Notes: a model not told the origin generated them from the sequence alone. DNA of 23,188 nt from Chthoniobacteraceae bacterium (GCA_031409655.1 JANNXQ010000134.1:1-23188); one strand, 5' to 3'; shown: positions 13,531 through 23,188, counted from the first letter of the stretch. Program-made: numbers and translations.

Positions 13531-16500
13531 TCACTTCACAGGTGCCTGAATCTCAAACTCGCGGCGAATTTCGAGGATGAGCTTTTCGGGCACGCGCCCG
13601 CTGGCGAACAGGGCGTCAATGTGCGGCCAAGCTTCCGCGCGCATTGCTTTGAGCGCCTTGATCGCATCGCGGCGGATGCCCGGGTTCCGTTCGCGCAATG
13701 ACTCCACCAGCACCGGAATCGCGCTTTGATCGGGCATCTTTGCGAGCGCGCCGATCGCTTCCTTGAGCGCCTGCTTTTTCCCCGCGAGCGCAATGAGCGC
13801 GGGCAGCGCCGCCTTTTCCCGGAAGCTGCCGAGCGCCTCGATCGCCGCCGCCTGCACTCTGGCATCTTCGTCCGCCAGCACTGCGATGAGCGCAGATCCC
13901 GCGTGCGAGTCCGGCCCGAGTCGCCGAAGCGCCTTCGCCGCGCGTTCGCGGTGGCCGGCGTCTGGGTTCGCGAGGTGTGCGACGAGCGCGAGCCTGGCCG
14001 ACCGCACCTTCAATTCACCCACCGCCTCGATGAAGGTTTGATTTGCAGGGGCGGGAAGCTGCGCCAATGCGAGCTGCGCGATGATCTGCCTGGCCGGATC
14101 GCCACCGATGCTCGTCACCGCACGAATTGCCGCCGCGCGCAGCTCCGCATCGGCATGTTCATCAAGGGTGATCTGGCGTATACCGTCCATCGCGAGTGGG
14201 TCTCTTTGCACGCCGAGCGCGGCCATGACGGCGCGCTTCACCGCACCGTCCGATTCGACAGTGAGCCGTGATCGCAACGCGGCGAGCGCGTTCGCCGTGG
14301 ACTGGTCGATCGCCGCTTCACCCTGGGCCGGACGCTTGGCTCCTGTCGGAATATCGACGCTTTGCCGCACCCCGCGGATCAGCTTCACGTCGCTCTGGAT
14401 GATTTGGACCTCGGGCACGATCTGCTTCACGCCATCGACCTCGGCAATTCGCACCGCCGCCGGAACGTCGGATCTCGCAGCGATCCCTGGTTGCGCCGCG
14501 CGCGCTGGTGGCAGGCGGAATCGGGAGAAGGCCTGGGCTGATGCGAGGCGCACGGGCGTCTCCGCGTCGGCTAGCGCGAAAGTCAGCGCCTCCAGAGCCG
14601 GCACGGTGCCGATCCAGACGCCTTCGTCGAACGCACGCGGATTTTCTGCCAGCTGCGGTTTCGACCACTTTCCATCCCACGGCACCGGCTGACAGGTGAT
14701 CTGGCCCAGGGCGGTGAGTGCGCGGATACGCGTCTCCGTCTCCGTCGCTTTGGTAAAGTGCGCCGCCATCAACACAGTGCCGATGTGGCGGAGGCCGGCG
14801 AGCGTTTTCCAGGCGGGGGCGTTGGCCGGGTCGCGCGGACTGCGCAGCAAGGCGTAGAGAATCGGCAGGCCGCTGCTGTCGCGGAGCGCGGAGGTCGCCG
14901 CCGCGCGCACCCACGCATCCGGATCGAGTAGCCCGCGGCGAAAGTCTTCCACGGGCTCGGACATCTCGGCGAGTCGATGGATCATCGACTGTTCCCACTC
15001 CGCGAAGGCTGGGGGTTGGCCGGAGAATCCGCTCCACATCCCAGGACCAAAAGGCAACGCATTCTCCAACGGCTCGTGGGTTGCCATCTCTCGCCGGCGC
15101 GCGAGGAAGGCTTGCATCCGAACGCCAGCATCGGTGTCGGTGACAGTGTTGGCCATCGGCCGGCCACCCAGCGACGCGGGAAACTCGGTGAACGCACGCG
15201 CGGCTTGTCTGCGGATCGCGGGGTCTGCGGCCGAACACGCAAAGCGCAGCGCATCCAACAGGGCCTGCCGTCGCTCCAGACCTAATTGCCCACGATCCAG
15301 CCACAGCAAAGAATCGAGAATCCAGATCGCGTGGAAGCGGCTAAGCGGCGTCTGGGCTTCGTTCCTCACGATCGATTCGAGCCTCTCGTAGGCGGCGCGC
15401 GCATTTGGCATTTCGCGCCGGCCACCCTTCATCCGACTGAGTGCGTGAGCGAGCGCAAACTCCGCCTCCACCAGCGGTCCCAGCGCCGCGACGATCTCGA
15501 CCTGCGCGCGCAACCGCTGCTCCCGGTCGAGGTGTCCGAGAGCGGTCGTAAGCTCGTCGAAGGTGGCCCGTCGCTCGTCCTCCAGACGTGGAGCAGGCGT
15601 TGCCGCGGGCCAATACAGGCGCCAGACGGCGCCAGCCAGCTTGGGATCCTTGCCGCCGCCATTTCCCCAGTCCGCAATGAGCAGCGACCCATCGGCGGCA
15701 ACGCTGAGTTGAGCGGGGCGGAAGATGCTTCCTTTGGCGGGCTCGATGAGCTTGGTGTCGCTCACGAGCTTGAAGGTTGCCCCGTCGGGCGCGATTTCTG
15801 TCACGAACACGCCCGGCTTTGCACGCACGCTGAAGAAATGTTTGCCGCGATATTTTTCCGGCAATCCATCGCTGAGATAGCAAATCCCGGCGACAGGCGA
15901 GCCGGCGGCGAGGTGGGCGATGGCGGGGAGAGCATCGCGCATTTTCTCTGGCGATGGTTGTGGTCCGGATCCGTCGTGGAAGGGATAGCCGTAGTCGCCG
16001 CCCTCAACCAGATGCAGAAGGCGGCTGCTCGATCCCGCGCCGGCGGCGTCGTCCCGGGAGAAGGCATGGTCCTCGGCGTCGAGATGCACCCAGCGCTGGT
16101 TGCGGCCACCCGTGGAGAAAATTCCCAACCGCGTCCCCTCAGTGGTGCAGCGGACGATGCCGCCTCCTCGCATGGTGGCGGTTGAGCCGTCCTTCACGCT
16201 CCTCGACTGGTAGATGCCACGCTCGCCCACGCCCAAGTAGAGGAAGCCATCCATCCCAAGAGCGAAGCCGCCCACGACGCAGCCACCGAGGCCCGTGTAA
16301 GGCGGGATGCCCAGTTGCCTGATGAGCTCTTCGCGCGCGTCGGCGACGCCGTCGGCATTGGTGTCCTTGAAGCGCGTGAGTTGTGGCCCGTGGACAACGT
16401 ATAGCCAGCCGTCGTGCCACATGCTGCCGGCGGCCGGGTGGATCTTGCTGGCAAAGATCGTGCGTTTCCGACCCGAGCCCAGACCGGAAATGCGGACGAC

Positions 16501-16740
16501 CGTGTGGACCGCTTCGCTTGACGCCATCCGGCGATCGCCCGGAGCGCTGCCGATGTAGAGGGAGCCGTCGGGCGCGGCGCAAACCGTCGCACAGGCTTCC
16601 ACCTCGGGATGGCCCGCGACCAACTCGATGCGCAGCTCCGAATCGTGGATCATCGGCGGCTCTGGCGTGGCCGGCGCCTGAGCGAGCGCGCGGAACTCCA
16701 AGGTGATGAAGCAAGAGCACAGCAGCGCGAGGCAACGCAT
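13531..16740 (-). CDS. PVC-type secreted beta-propeller (sugar dehydrogenase-like) + HEAT-repeat protein, 1069 aa, no CxxCH
   Basis: Start set at ATG 16740 (MRCLALLCSCF...AQA signal peptide). Motifs: LRIELVA.HP, FKDTNADGVAD, GMDGFLY, GGIVRC..EGT, GGDYGYP, FRP.......DGSLLIADW, then repeated L.D.D..VR..AA.AL HEAT units. Confidence 0.8.
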   Translation of the reverse strand: MRCLALLCSCFITLEFRALAQAPATPEPPMIHDSELRIELVAGHPEVEACATVCAAPDGSLYIGSAPGDRRMASSEAVHTVVRISGLGSGRKRTIFASKIHPAAGSMWHDGWLYVVHGPQLTRFKDTNADGVADAREELIRQLGIPPYTGLGGCVVGGFALGMDGFLYLGVGERGIYQSRSVKDGSTATMRGGGIVRCTTEGTRLGIFSTGGRNQRWVHLDAEDHAFSRDDAAGAGSSSRLLHLVEGGDYGYPFHDGSGPQPSPEKMRDALPAIAHLAAGSPVAGICYLSDGLPEKYRGKHFFSVRAKPGVFVTEIAPDGATFKLVSDTKLIEPAKGSIFRPAQLSVAADGSLLIADWGNGGGKDPKLAGAVWRLYWPAATPAPRLEDERRATFDELTTALGHLDREQRLRAQVEIVAALGPLVEAEFALAHALSRMKGGRREMPNARAAYERLESIVRNEAQTPLSRFHAIWILDSLLWLDRGQLGLERRQALLDALRFACSAADPAIRRQAARAFTEFPASLGGRPMANTVTDTDAGVRMQAFLARRREMATHEPLENALPFGPGMWSGFSGQPPAFAEWEQSMIHRLAEMSEPVEDFRRGLLDPDAWVRAAATSALRDSSGLPILYALLRSPRDPANAPAWKTLAGLRHIGTVLMAAHFTKATETETRIRALTALGQITCQPVPWDGKWSKPQLAENPRAFDEGVWIGTVPALEALTFALADAETPVRLASAQAFSRFRLPPARAAQPGIAARSDVPAAVRIAEVDGVKQIVPEVQIIQSDVKLIRGVRQSVDIPTGAKRPAQGEAAIDQSTANALAALRSRLTVESDGAVKRAVMAALGVQRDPLAMDGIRQITLDEHADAELRAAAIRAVTSIGGDPARQIIAQLALAQLPAPANQTFIEAVGELKVRSARLALVAHLANPDAGHRERAAKALRRLGPDSHAGSALIAVLADEDARVQAAAIEALGSFREKAALPALIALAGKKQALKEAIGALAKMPDQSAIPVLVESLRERNPGIRRDAIKALKAMRAEAWPHIDALFASGRVPEKLILEIRREFEIQAPVK

Positions 16741-16879
16741 GAGCACAAGTCTGCGGAGGGAGTCGTGCGCGGTCAACCTCCCGGCAGTGGGGCCGCCTTG
16801 ACGGCTCGACGCGCTGAGCCTCGCGACAGAGCGGCCGCTATGGGTGCGACTCTCCAGCTTCCTGAGACCTGGGCGCTGG

Positions 16880-17035
16880 TGCGCGGCTGGCGTGAAGGAA
16901 TACTGGATCGTGCTCGCGGAGAAGCAGCGGGTGGAAGTCAATCGCCGGCCCGAGGCGGGCGAGTATCGCGAGCCGCGGATCTACTCCGACGCGGTCCCGA
17001 CGATTCGCGTGGCCTTGCCCGCGCTCTTTGCGTAA
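16880..17035 (+). pseudogene. C-terminal remnant of a Uma2/DUF820-family endonuclease
   Basis: AAGVKEYWIVLAEKQRVEVNRRPEAGEYRE matches the Uma2 C-terminal YA.AGV.EYWIV...VEV.R.P pattern. The catalytic N-terminal part is absent. Confidence 0.7.
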
Positions 17036-17045
17036 GCCGGGGGGC

Positions 17046-17769
17046 ATCATCCCCTATCTCGCCGAGTTCATCGGCACGGCGATTCTCGTAATCTTCGGCA
17101 ATGGTGTCGTCGCCAACGTCGTGCGCGCGCACGAAAGAAAACGGCGCGGGCTGGATCGCCATCACCGCTAGGTGGGGATCGCGGTGTTCGTCGGCGCGTT
17201 TTGCTCTCCGCCATTCAGCGGCGCACATCTCAATCCCGCGGTGACCGTGGCGATGGCCATCGCTGGCAAGCTCGCAGCGGCCAAGGTCGCCGGCTACATC
17301 GTCGCGCAAATGCTCGGCGGGATCGTGGGTGGTGCGCTCGTCTATTTTTTCTATCGCGAGCATTTCAAAGTCTCGACCGACGCCGACGGCAAGCTCGCCT
17401 GCTTCTGCACCGCACCCGCGATCCGCGGCAATGCGCAGGCGCTCTTCTGCGAGATCGTCGGCACTTTCCTGCTCATCCTCCCGATCTTCCTGTTGACGGA
17501 GGCGAAGGTCGTTGGCCCCGACGAGTCTCACGCCATGATCGGCCTCGTCAGCATTGGCCTTGTGGCCGTCGCTCTGCTCGTCTTCGGCATCGGCCTTTCG
17601 CTCGGCGGCACCACCGGCTACGCCATCAATCCCGCGCGCGACCTCGGCCCGCGTCTCGCGCACGCCTTTCTCCCCGTGCCGCGAAAACGCGATAGCGACT
17701 GGGGCTACGGCGTGGGTGCCGATGGTCGGCGCGTTGATTGCGGCGGGAGTCCATCTCCTCTTGCGGTGA
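17046..17769 (+). pseudogene. glpF: Aquaglyceroporin (glycerol uptake facilitator) pseudogene
   Basis: Reconstructed as PYLAEFIGTAILVIFGNGVVANVV / ARTKENGAGWIAITARW / IAVF...SGAHLNPAVT...GYAINPARDLGPRL..DWGY / AWVPMVG...LLLR*. This needs three frameshifts (~17124, ~17176, ~17709). There is a TAG at 17169-17171 in the main frame and ATC where the start is expected. Confidence 0.85.
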
Positions 17770-17793
17770 TCCGCGAGCCCGGGCCCGCAGACA

Positions 17794-17870
<77 letters not shown>

Positions 17871-17929
17871 AAACGAAACACCACTATGGGGCTATTCGAA
17901 AGGAGGGCAAGCGCTGATTCGCGCGCTTT

Positions 17930-19249
17930 TCACGACGCCACGCCAGGGCGGCCCACGGCGTGGTAGGTAAAGCCGAGCTGGCGCATCGTCTCTGGATTGA
18001 AAAGATTGCGTCCGTCGAAGACGAGCGGCGTGTGCATCCGCTTCTTCACTTCGCCGAGGTCGGCGTTGGCAAATTCCTTCCACTCGGTTGCGAGGATCAA
18101 GGCTTCGGCGCCATCGGTCGCATCGACCGCGTTCGCCGTGAGCTTCACTTTCGTGGGATCGATGAGCTTCCACTCCACGGCCTTCTCCGCGCCTTTCGGA
18201 TCGTAGGCGGTGACGTGCGCGCCCTCGGCAACGAGCTGGTTCACGAGCTCGATGGCGACGGAGTTCCGCACGTCGTCCGTGTCCGGCTTGAAAGTGAGAC
18301 CCCAGACGGCGATGCGCTTGTCCTTCAAAACCCAGAGCGCTCCCCGGAGCTTGTCGATGAAGCGGGTGAGCATCCGCTCATTGATGCGCTCGACCTCTTC
18401 GAGCAGCGCGAAAGGTGTGCCGAGCTGGCGGCTGATGGCGATGAACGCCTTCACGTCTTTCGGAAAACACGAGCCTCCGTAGCCGAGGCCGGCGTTGAGG
18501 AAGTTGCGACCGATCCGCTTGTCCATGCCGATGCCGTCGGCGACCATCTCGACATCCGCCCCACTCGCTTCGCAGATCGCAGCGACAGCATTGATGTAGC
18601 TGATCTTGAGCGAAAGGAAGGAGTTTGCGGCGTGCTTGATGAGCTCTGCGGAGTTCACGTCGGTGACGAGGATCGGCGCGCGGAAGGGCTCATAGACTTT
18701 CTTCATCAAGTCCGTCGCCCGCTGGCAGGCGCTGCCGACGACGATGCGGTCGGGGTTCATGAGATCCGGCACGGCGCAACCTTCGCGGAGAAATTCGGGA
18801 TTCGAGACGACGTCGAATTCGGCCTCCTTGTTGTAGCGACGGATGGTGTCGGCGACTTTCTCGCCGGTCTTCACGGGCACCGTGGATTTATCGACGATCA
18901 CCCGATACTGGCCGGCCTTGAGCACCCCGGCGATCTCGCGGGCAACGCGCTCGATGTAGGTGAGATCAACGCTGCCGTCGGCCTGTGGAGGTGTCGGCAC
19001 GGCGATGAAGACGACCTGCGAATGATCGACGCCGTCTTCGATGGAATTGGTGAAGCGCAGACGTTTGGCGGAGACGTTGCGGTGCACGAGTTCCTCGAGG
19101 CCGGGCTCGTAGATTGGGATCTCTCCGCGTTGGAGTTTATCCACTTTTTTCTGGTCGTTATCGACGCAGATGACGTGGTGTCCGACTTCGGCGAAACAAG
19201 CCCCGGAGACAAGTCCGACATAGCCGGAACCGATGATGCAGAGATCCAT
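17930..19249 (-). CDS. ugd: UDP-glucose 6-dehydrogenase
   Basis: IIGSGYVG, PIYEPGL, IAVPTP, KSTVPV, SNPEFLREG, AELIKHAAN, GYGGSCFPKD (catalytic Cys), FKPDTDDVR and DGRN. Confidence 0.95.
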   Translation of the reverse strand: MDLCIIGSGYVGLVSGACFAEVGHHVICVDNDQKKVDKLQRGEIPIYEPGLEELVHRNVSAKRLRFTNSIEDGVDHSQVVFIAVPTPPQADGSVDLTYIERVAREIAGVLKAGQYRVIVDKSTVPVKTGEKVADTIRRYNKEAEFDVVSNPEFLREGCAVPDLMNPDRIVVGSACQRATDLMKKVYEPFRAPILVTDVNSAELIKHAANSFLSLKISYINAVAAICEASGADVEMVADGIGMDKRIGRNFLNAGLGYGGSCFPKDVKAFIAISRQLGTPFALLEEVERINERMLTRFIDKLRGALWVLKDKRIAVWGLTFKPDTDDVRNSVAIELVNQLVAEGAHVTAYDPKGAEKAVEWKLIDPTKVKLTANAVDATDGAEALILATEWKEFANADLGEVKKRMHTPLVFDGRNLFNPETMRQLGFTYHAVGRPGVAS

Positions 19250-19357
19250 AATTCGTTAGTTTATCGTGAGAAACAGAGCAACCGGCAGGGCCGTCCGCTT
19301 CAAGAGCGCGGGATTAAGCAAGAGGCGGTCCACGAGCGCAAGGCGTAAGAAGGTTGA

Positions 19358-19519
19358 GAGATGAGGGTTGAGAGCCGCCTGGTTCCAATAGATGCTTTCC
19401 GCCGCGATCGGGCCACGAGTCGGACGAGGAATCGCCGCAGCGCTGAATTCGCCGGGCGCTGGCCCGGTCGTTTTCTGGAAATGGCTGTTGGACCCGGTGC
19501 GACTCTCAACCCTCAACTC
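19358..19519. repeat. Inverted pair of heptamer-type repeats between lptD and ugd
   Basis: GAGATGAGGGTTGAGAG (19358-19374) and CTCTCAACCCTCAACTC (19503-19519) are 16/17 complementary and 128 bp apart. Confidence 0.7.
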
Positions 19520-19524
19520 CTCCG

Positions 19525-21942
19525 CTACCGATTCTTCCCCGACCCCGAGCCGCCACCTGAAGGGTCGAGCGCGATCGGGAGGCGGATATTCGGGATGTCC
19601 TTGAGCGTGAAAGTGAGCAGGAAACCGACGTCGGTCTGGCTCTTGTTCGAACCTTTGTTGTCGCGGACGATCATGCCCAGCGAGGCCACCCAACTGGAGA
19701 GATCGCGATGCACTTCGTAGCGCTGCGCCTCAAGCACGGAGTCCTGAAATTCGTAAGTTTCGCGGAAGCTGAAGGCCCAGTTGTCGTCGAGGCGGAAGTA
19801 GCCGCCGATGTTCAGGAGACTCGAGTCCTGAAAGAGATCATTACCGGTTATGTAGCGGTGACCGATGTTGAATTGCACGTTCTGCGTCGCGAGAAAATTG
19901 ACGTTCGTATTCACCTCCGTGAACCCGTCGTCGAGGAGTGGAATCTGCGAATCGACTTGGAGATTCACCCACGGCAGAGGATTCCAGCGCAGCCGGTTCA
20001 CGAGATTTGAGAACGTGCCGTCGTCGGGACTCACACCTTGGCCGAAGTCCGGCCGGTCAAAGTTCACATCGAGGAAAGTATTCAGCTCGAGCCAGGTGAA
20101 AGTCTGATTGTCGCGCCGGGTCTGGAAGCGGTTGCGCGTGCCGAGGCGGAGGATCGCCCAGTTGTCGATGCTGTCGATGGTGTTGAACTGCGGAAAATCG
20201 ATCGGCGGGAGCTGCGTGGAGCGGCGCAGGCTGTCGAACTGCAGGATGCGATCCGGCTCATCGCTGCTGAAGGTGAACGAAAGGTTCAGGTAGGGCTGGA
20301 CCACGTGGCGCAGGCCATCGAGCCCCCAGGCCCGCGACTGCACCTGTTCGTAGGCCTTGGAAAGTTTGAACGACGATTCAAAGCCCGCATTGACCACCGT
20401 GCGGAAGACCGAGCCCTGCGAGCGCAAGCGGTTGTCGAGGGTCGTCCGGGTCACCGTCTGCGTCCTGGGCTGGCCGGTGAGCGGGTCCACGAGAGTCGCC
20501 CCGGTCTCCGGATCCGTCTCGGGGATCTGCTCGTTGCTCGTCAGAGTATTCGTCTCGATGAAACCCGAATCCCCGTAGTAAGTGCCGCGCACTCCGAGCC
20601 GCGGGACAAACGAAAGCCAGCCAGCAAAGACCGTGGGGTAGGTGAGTTGATGAAAGGTATCCGCGCGGAAGGTGTCGTAGTCCGGGAGCAGCGAGTCCTC
20701 GGCAAAATTTCGCCGCAGGAAACCCGCGCTCGTCTCGCCTTCATAGAAGATGCCGCTCTTGCCAAAGACCGGCCGCCGCGCCAGATCGAGCGCCACGTCG
20801 GGCAGCCGCTCGGTGCCGTCTTGATCGTCATTGATCTGCTTCCGCCCGAGCAGCGTCACCGTGTAGTCGTCGCTCCACTTGGTCAGCGCGATCATCGTGT
20901 CTGGGTTCGGATTCTGGCGAAATTCACCCTCGGCGAAATCCTGCAGAAAGCGCCGGTCGCTCAGCTTGTTGATGTCGATGGTCGAGTAGATGTCCTCGGT
21001 CAGATAGGTCCGATCCTGAAAAGAAAGCCGGTAGCGGCCGGAGGCGACCTCCTCGCGCCGGTTCGCCGTCTCGTTTCGCGAAGGATTCGAGTCATCGATA
21101 TAGTAGGAGCGGAAGCGACCCCAGTTCCGCCCCAGCTTTAGCTCCGTCTTCGTCTCGCCGGTCGTCGAATCGGTGAAGGTCTCGAGCGCCGAGTTCCCGC
21201 TGCCTCCTTTGCTGCTGCCCGCCGGCCAGCGCGCTTCAAAACCTACGCCGAGCCCGCGCTCCGAGTAGAGATCGAGGCGAAGTTTCCCAGAGATCTGCTC
21301 CGCGATGGGGAAGGTGTACTGGCCCAGCAGGTAGGTGCCCCAGACACTCGAGTAGCCTGGCGTGATCGTGAAGCTCACCTCGCGATCGAGCGACTGATAG
21401 AGATACGGAAACCAAAAGACCGGCGTGCGTCCGACGTACAGCGTCGCGTTGGAAAAGATCACGCGATCCTTTGCATAGACGCGCACGGTCCGGGCGCGCA
21501 CATGATAGTCCGGCTTCGAGCTGTCACTCGTCGTGAAGATGCCGTCCTTGATCAGGTATTCATTGTTCCCGAGCGAGGCCAGCGAACGGCCGCCAAACCG
21601 GAAGGGCGAAAAGTCCCCCTGAAACGTCGTCGCATTCAGCACCTTCGTTTCGAGATTGTAGAGCGCGGTATCGCCGGTGAAAAGCTGCCCGGCGCGGTAG
21701 AGCCGCACATTCCCCGAGAGCAGGACATCGCGCGTCTCCGGATTGTACGTCGCGTAGTCGCAGTAGATCGTGATGTCGCTGTAGCGGATGATCACGTTGC
21801 GATCCGCGATCGCGATGCCGCCGTCGAAGTGCGTGTCGTCGGAATTAATTTCGATCGGCACATCGCCGAAGCTGCCGAACTGCGCACGGACCGCAGCGCC
21901 GACGAATAATAGGATGGCAAAAGTGAGCAGCAGCCGACGCAT
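19525..21942 (-). CDS. lptD: LPS-assembly outer-membrane beta-barrel, 805 aa
   Basis: Start set at ATG 21942 (signal peptide MRRLLLTFAILLFVGAAVRA). OstA-like N-domain (GNVRL...YNLET), FTTSD...YHVRA, PVFWFPY, PGYSSVWG, LYSERGLGVG, ERLPD, LRHVVQP and amphipathic beta-strands. Confidence 0.85.
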   Translation of the reverse strand: MRRLLLTFAILLFVGAAVRAQFGSFGDVPIEINSDDTHFDGGIAIADRNVIIRYSDITIYCDYATYNPETRDVLLSGNVRLYRAGQLFTGDTALYNLETKVLNATTFQGDFSPFRFGGRSLASLGNNEYLIKDGIFTTSDSSKPDYHVRARTVRVYAKDRVIFSNATLYVGRTPVFWFPYLYQSLDREVSFTITPGYSSVWGTYLLGQYTFPIAEQISGKLRLDLYSERGLGVGFEARWPAGSSKGGSGNSALETFTDSTTGETKTELKLGRNWGRFRSYYIDDSNPSRNETANRREEVASGRYRLSFQDRTYLTEDIYSTIDINKLSDRRFLQDFAEGEFRQNPNPDTMIALTKWSDDYTVTLLGRKQINDDQDGTERLPDVALDLARRPVFGKSGIFYEGETSAGFLRRNFAEDSLLPDYDTFRADTFHQLTYPTVFAGWLSFVPRLGVRGTYYGDSGFIETNTLTSNEQIPETDPETGATLVDPLTGQPRTQTVTRTTLDNRLRSQGSVFRTVVNAGFESSFKLSKAYEQVQSRAWGLDGLRHVVQPYLNLSFTFSSDEPDRILQFDSLRRSTQLPPIDFPQFNTIDSIDNWAILRLGTRNRFQTRRDNQTFTWLELNTFLDVNFDRPDFGQGVSPDDGTFSNLVNRLRWNPLPWVNLQVDSQIPLLDDGFTEVNTNVNFLATQNVQFNIGHRYITGNDLFQDSSLLNIGGYFRLDDNWAFSFRETYEFQDSVLEAQRYEVHRDLSSWVASLGMIVRDNKGSNKSQTDVGFLLTFTLKDIPNIRLPIALDPSGGGSGSGKNR

Positions 21943-22172
21943 GAGAGCGGCGAAAGTAGCGGGCGCGCTGGAAAGATGCCAAGGGAAAAGCCGGACCGCA
22001 CCGCGGCGCGCGAGCCACTGCAGACAGGATTTGGCGCGCCTCCCGGACCGATCGCGCCACTCCCTCGCGCGCAAAATTTTTCACCGAGGCAGGCGCTCTG
22101 CGCGCATCTCGGGAAAAAGATTTGCCAGCGTATGAGCAATCATTCATTCAACACGTCACTCGACATCCCCGT

Positions 22173-23188
22173 ATGAAATTTAGCGTCAGCAAAGAGAAGC
22201 TCCTCGCCGGCTTGCAGACTGTGCAGAACGTCGTCAGCACCCGCACGACCCTGCCCATTCTATCCAATGTCCTACTCCAGGCATCGGACGGCCAACTCCG
22301 TCTCACGACCACCGATCTCGACGTCGGCGTGAGCGGCTCGGTGGACGCCGCCGTGGACAAACCCGGCTCCACCACCCTGCCCGCGCGGCGGCTGGCCAAC
22401 ATCGTTCGCGAGCTTCCCGCCGCCGAAGTCCAGGTCGATGTGGACTCGAAAAATGTCGCCTCGATCCGTTGCGGCCAGAGCTTCTTCAAGATCAACGGCC
22501 TGCCCGAGGAAGAGTTCCCACCGCTCCCGAAATTCGCCGACGCGAAGACCTTCACTTTCAACCAGCAGCAACTCGGCGACGCGCTGAAGAAGACGAGCTA
22601 CGCCATCTCCACCGACGAGACCCGCTACGTGCTCAACGGCATCCTTTTTTCCTTCAAGGAAAACAAACTCACCATGGTCGCGACCGACGGACGCCGGCTC
22701 GCGCTGGTCGATATCGAGGGCGAATTTCCGCGTAGCCAGGAAGCCGACATCATCATCCCGACGAAGTGCGTCACGGAGTTGAGCCGGCTCCTCGGCGACA
22801 GCGGCGAAGTGAAAATGAGCGTCGGCGAAAATCAGGTCGCCTTCGAAATCGGCGCCACTCTGCTCGTCTCCAAACTCATCGAGGGCAACTATCCGAACTA
22901 CCGCCAGGTCATCCCCGGTGAAGCCAAGGAGCGCATGACCCTGGAGCGCGAACTTTTCCTCCAAGCCGTGCATCGCGTCTCGCTGCTCTCCAGCGAAAAG
23001 TCGAACTCCGTCAAACTCGTCTTCAGCAAGAACAACCTCGAGATCGCCGCGAATACGCCGGACATCGGCGAGGCCCACGAGTCCATCGCCGTCCCCTACA
23101 AGGGCAAGGAATTCTCCATCGCCTTCAATCCGGAATTCCTCATGGCGCCGCTGCGCAACCTGACGAACGACGACGAAGTCTTCCTCGA
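22173..23188 (+). CDS. dnaN: DNA polymerase III beta sliding clamp (3' end outside the window)
   Basis: Manual translation, absent from the ORF track: MKFSVSKEKLLAGLQTVQNVVSTRTTLPILSNVLL...TTDLD...EEFPPLP...AISTDETRYVLNG...VATDGRRLA...SKLIEGNYPNYRQVIP...IAFNPEFL. Confidence 0.97.
   Translation, partial: MKFSVSKEKLLAGLQTVQNVVSTRTTLPILSNVLLQASDGQLRLTTTDLDVGVSGSVDAAVDKPGSTTLPARRLANIVRELPAAEVQVDVDSKNVASIRCGQSFFKINGLPEEEFPPLPKFADAKTFTFNQQQLGDALKKTSYAISTDETRYVLNGILFSFKENKLTMVATDGRRLALVDIEGEFPRSQEADIIIPTKCVTELSRLLGDSGEVKMSVGENQVAFEIGATLLVSKLIEGNYPNYRQVIPGEAKERMTLERELFLQAVHRVSLLSSEKSNSVKLVFSKNNLEIAANTPDIGEAHESIAVPYKGKEFSIAFNPEFLMAPLRNLTNDDEVFL

Noticed and set aside
19137..19145. DnaA-box-like TTATCCACT
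   Set aside because: A single 8/9 match inside the ugd coding sequence with no cluster or AT-rich unwinding element.

Overview
GC-rich bacterial DNA, most likely PVC superphylum (probably Verrucomicrobiota; inferred from the LEPR-XLL/DUF4347, DUF1552/DUF1592, DUF4058 and PVC-type propeller/HEAT genes). The left ~17.8 kb looks accessory, and core genes (tRNA-Pro, ugd, lptD, dnaN) lie on the right. The main result is a candidate RiPP-like system at ~2.3-7.8 kb with three parts. (1) Two paralogous 73-aa precursors share a near-identical 23-aa double-glycine leader (...AVTGG) and have 50-aa cationic Ser/Gly/Lys repeat cores, each in a cassette with conserved UTR hairpins and a terminator. (2) A C39-peptidase ABC exporter. 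(3) A eukaryote-like SRPK/CLK-type Ser kinase whose Gly-rich ATP loop is missing from the N-terminus and appears instead inside a C-lobe insertion. The inferred product is an exported, poly-phosphorylated KSG-repeat peptide, compositionally reminiscent of silaffins. Also present: a partial giant DUF4347 surface protein, a DUF1552/DUF1592 pair, glpD carrying an in-frame 78-bp palindrome, a heme-less propeller/HEAT protein, a Uma2 remnant and a glpF pseudogene. All family calls come from motif recognition by eye; no database searches were run.
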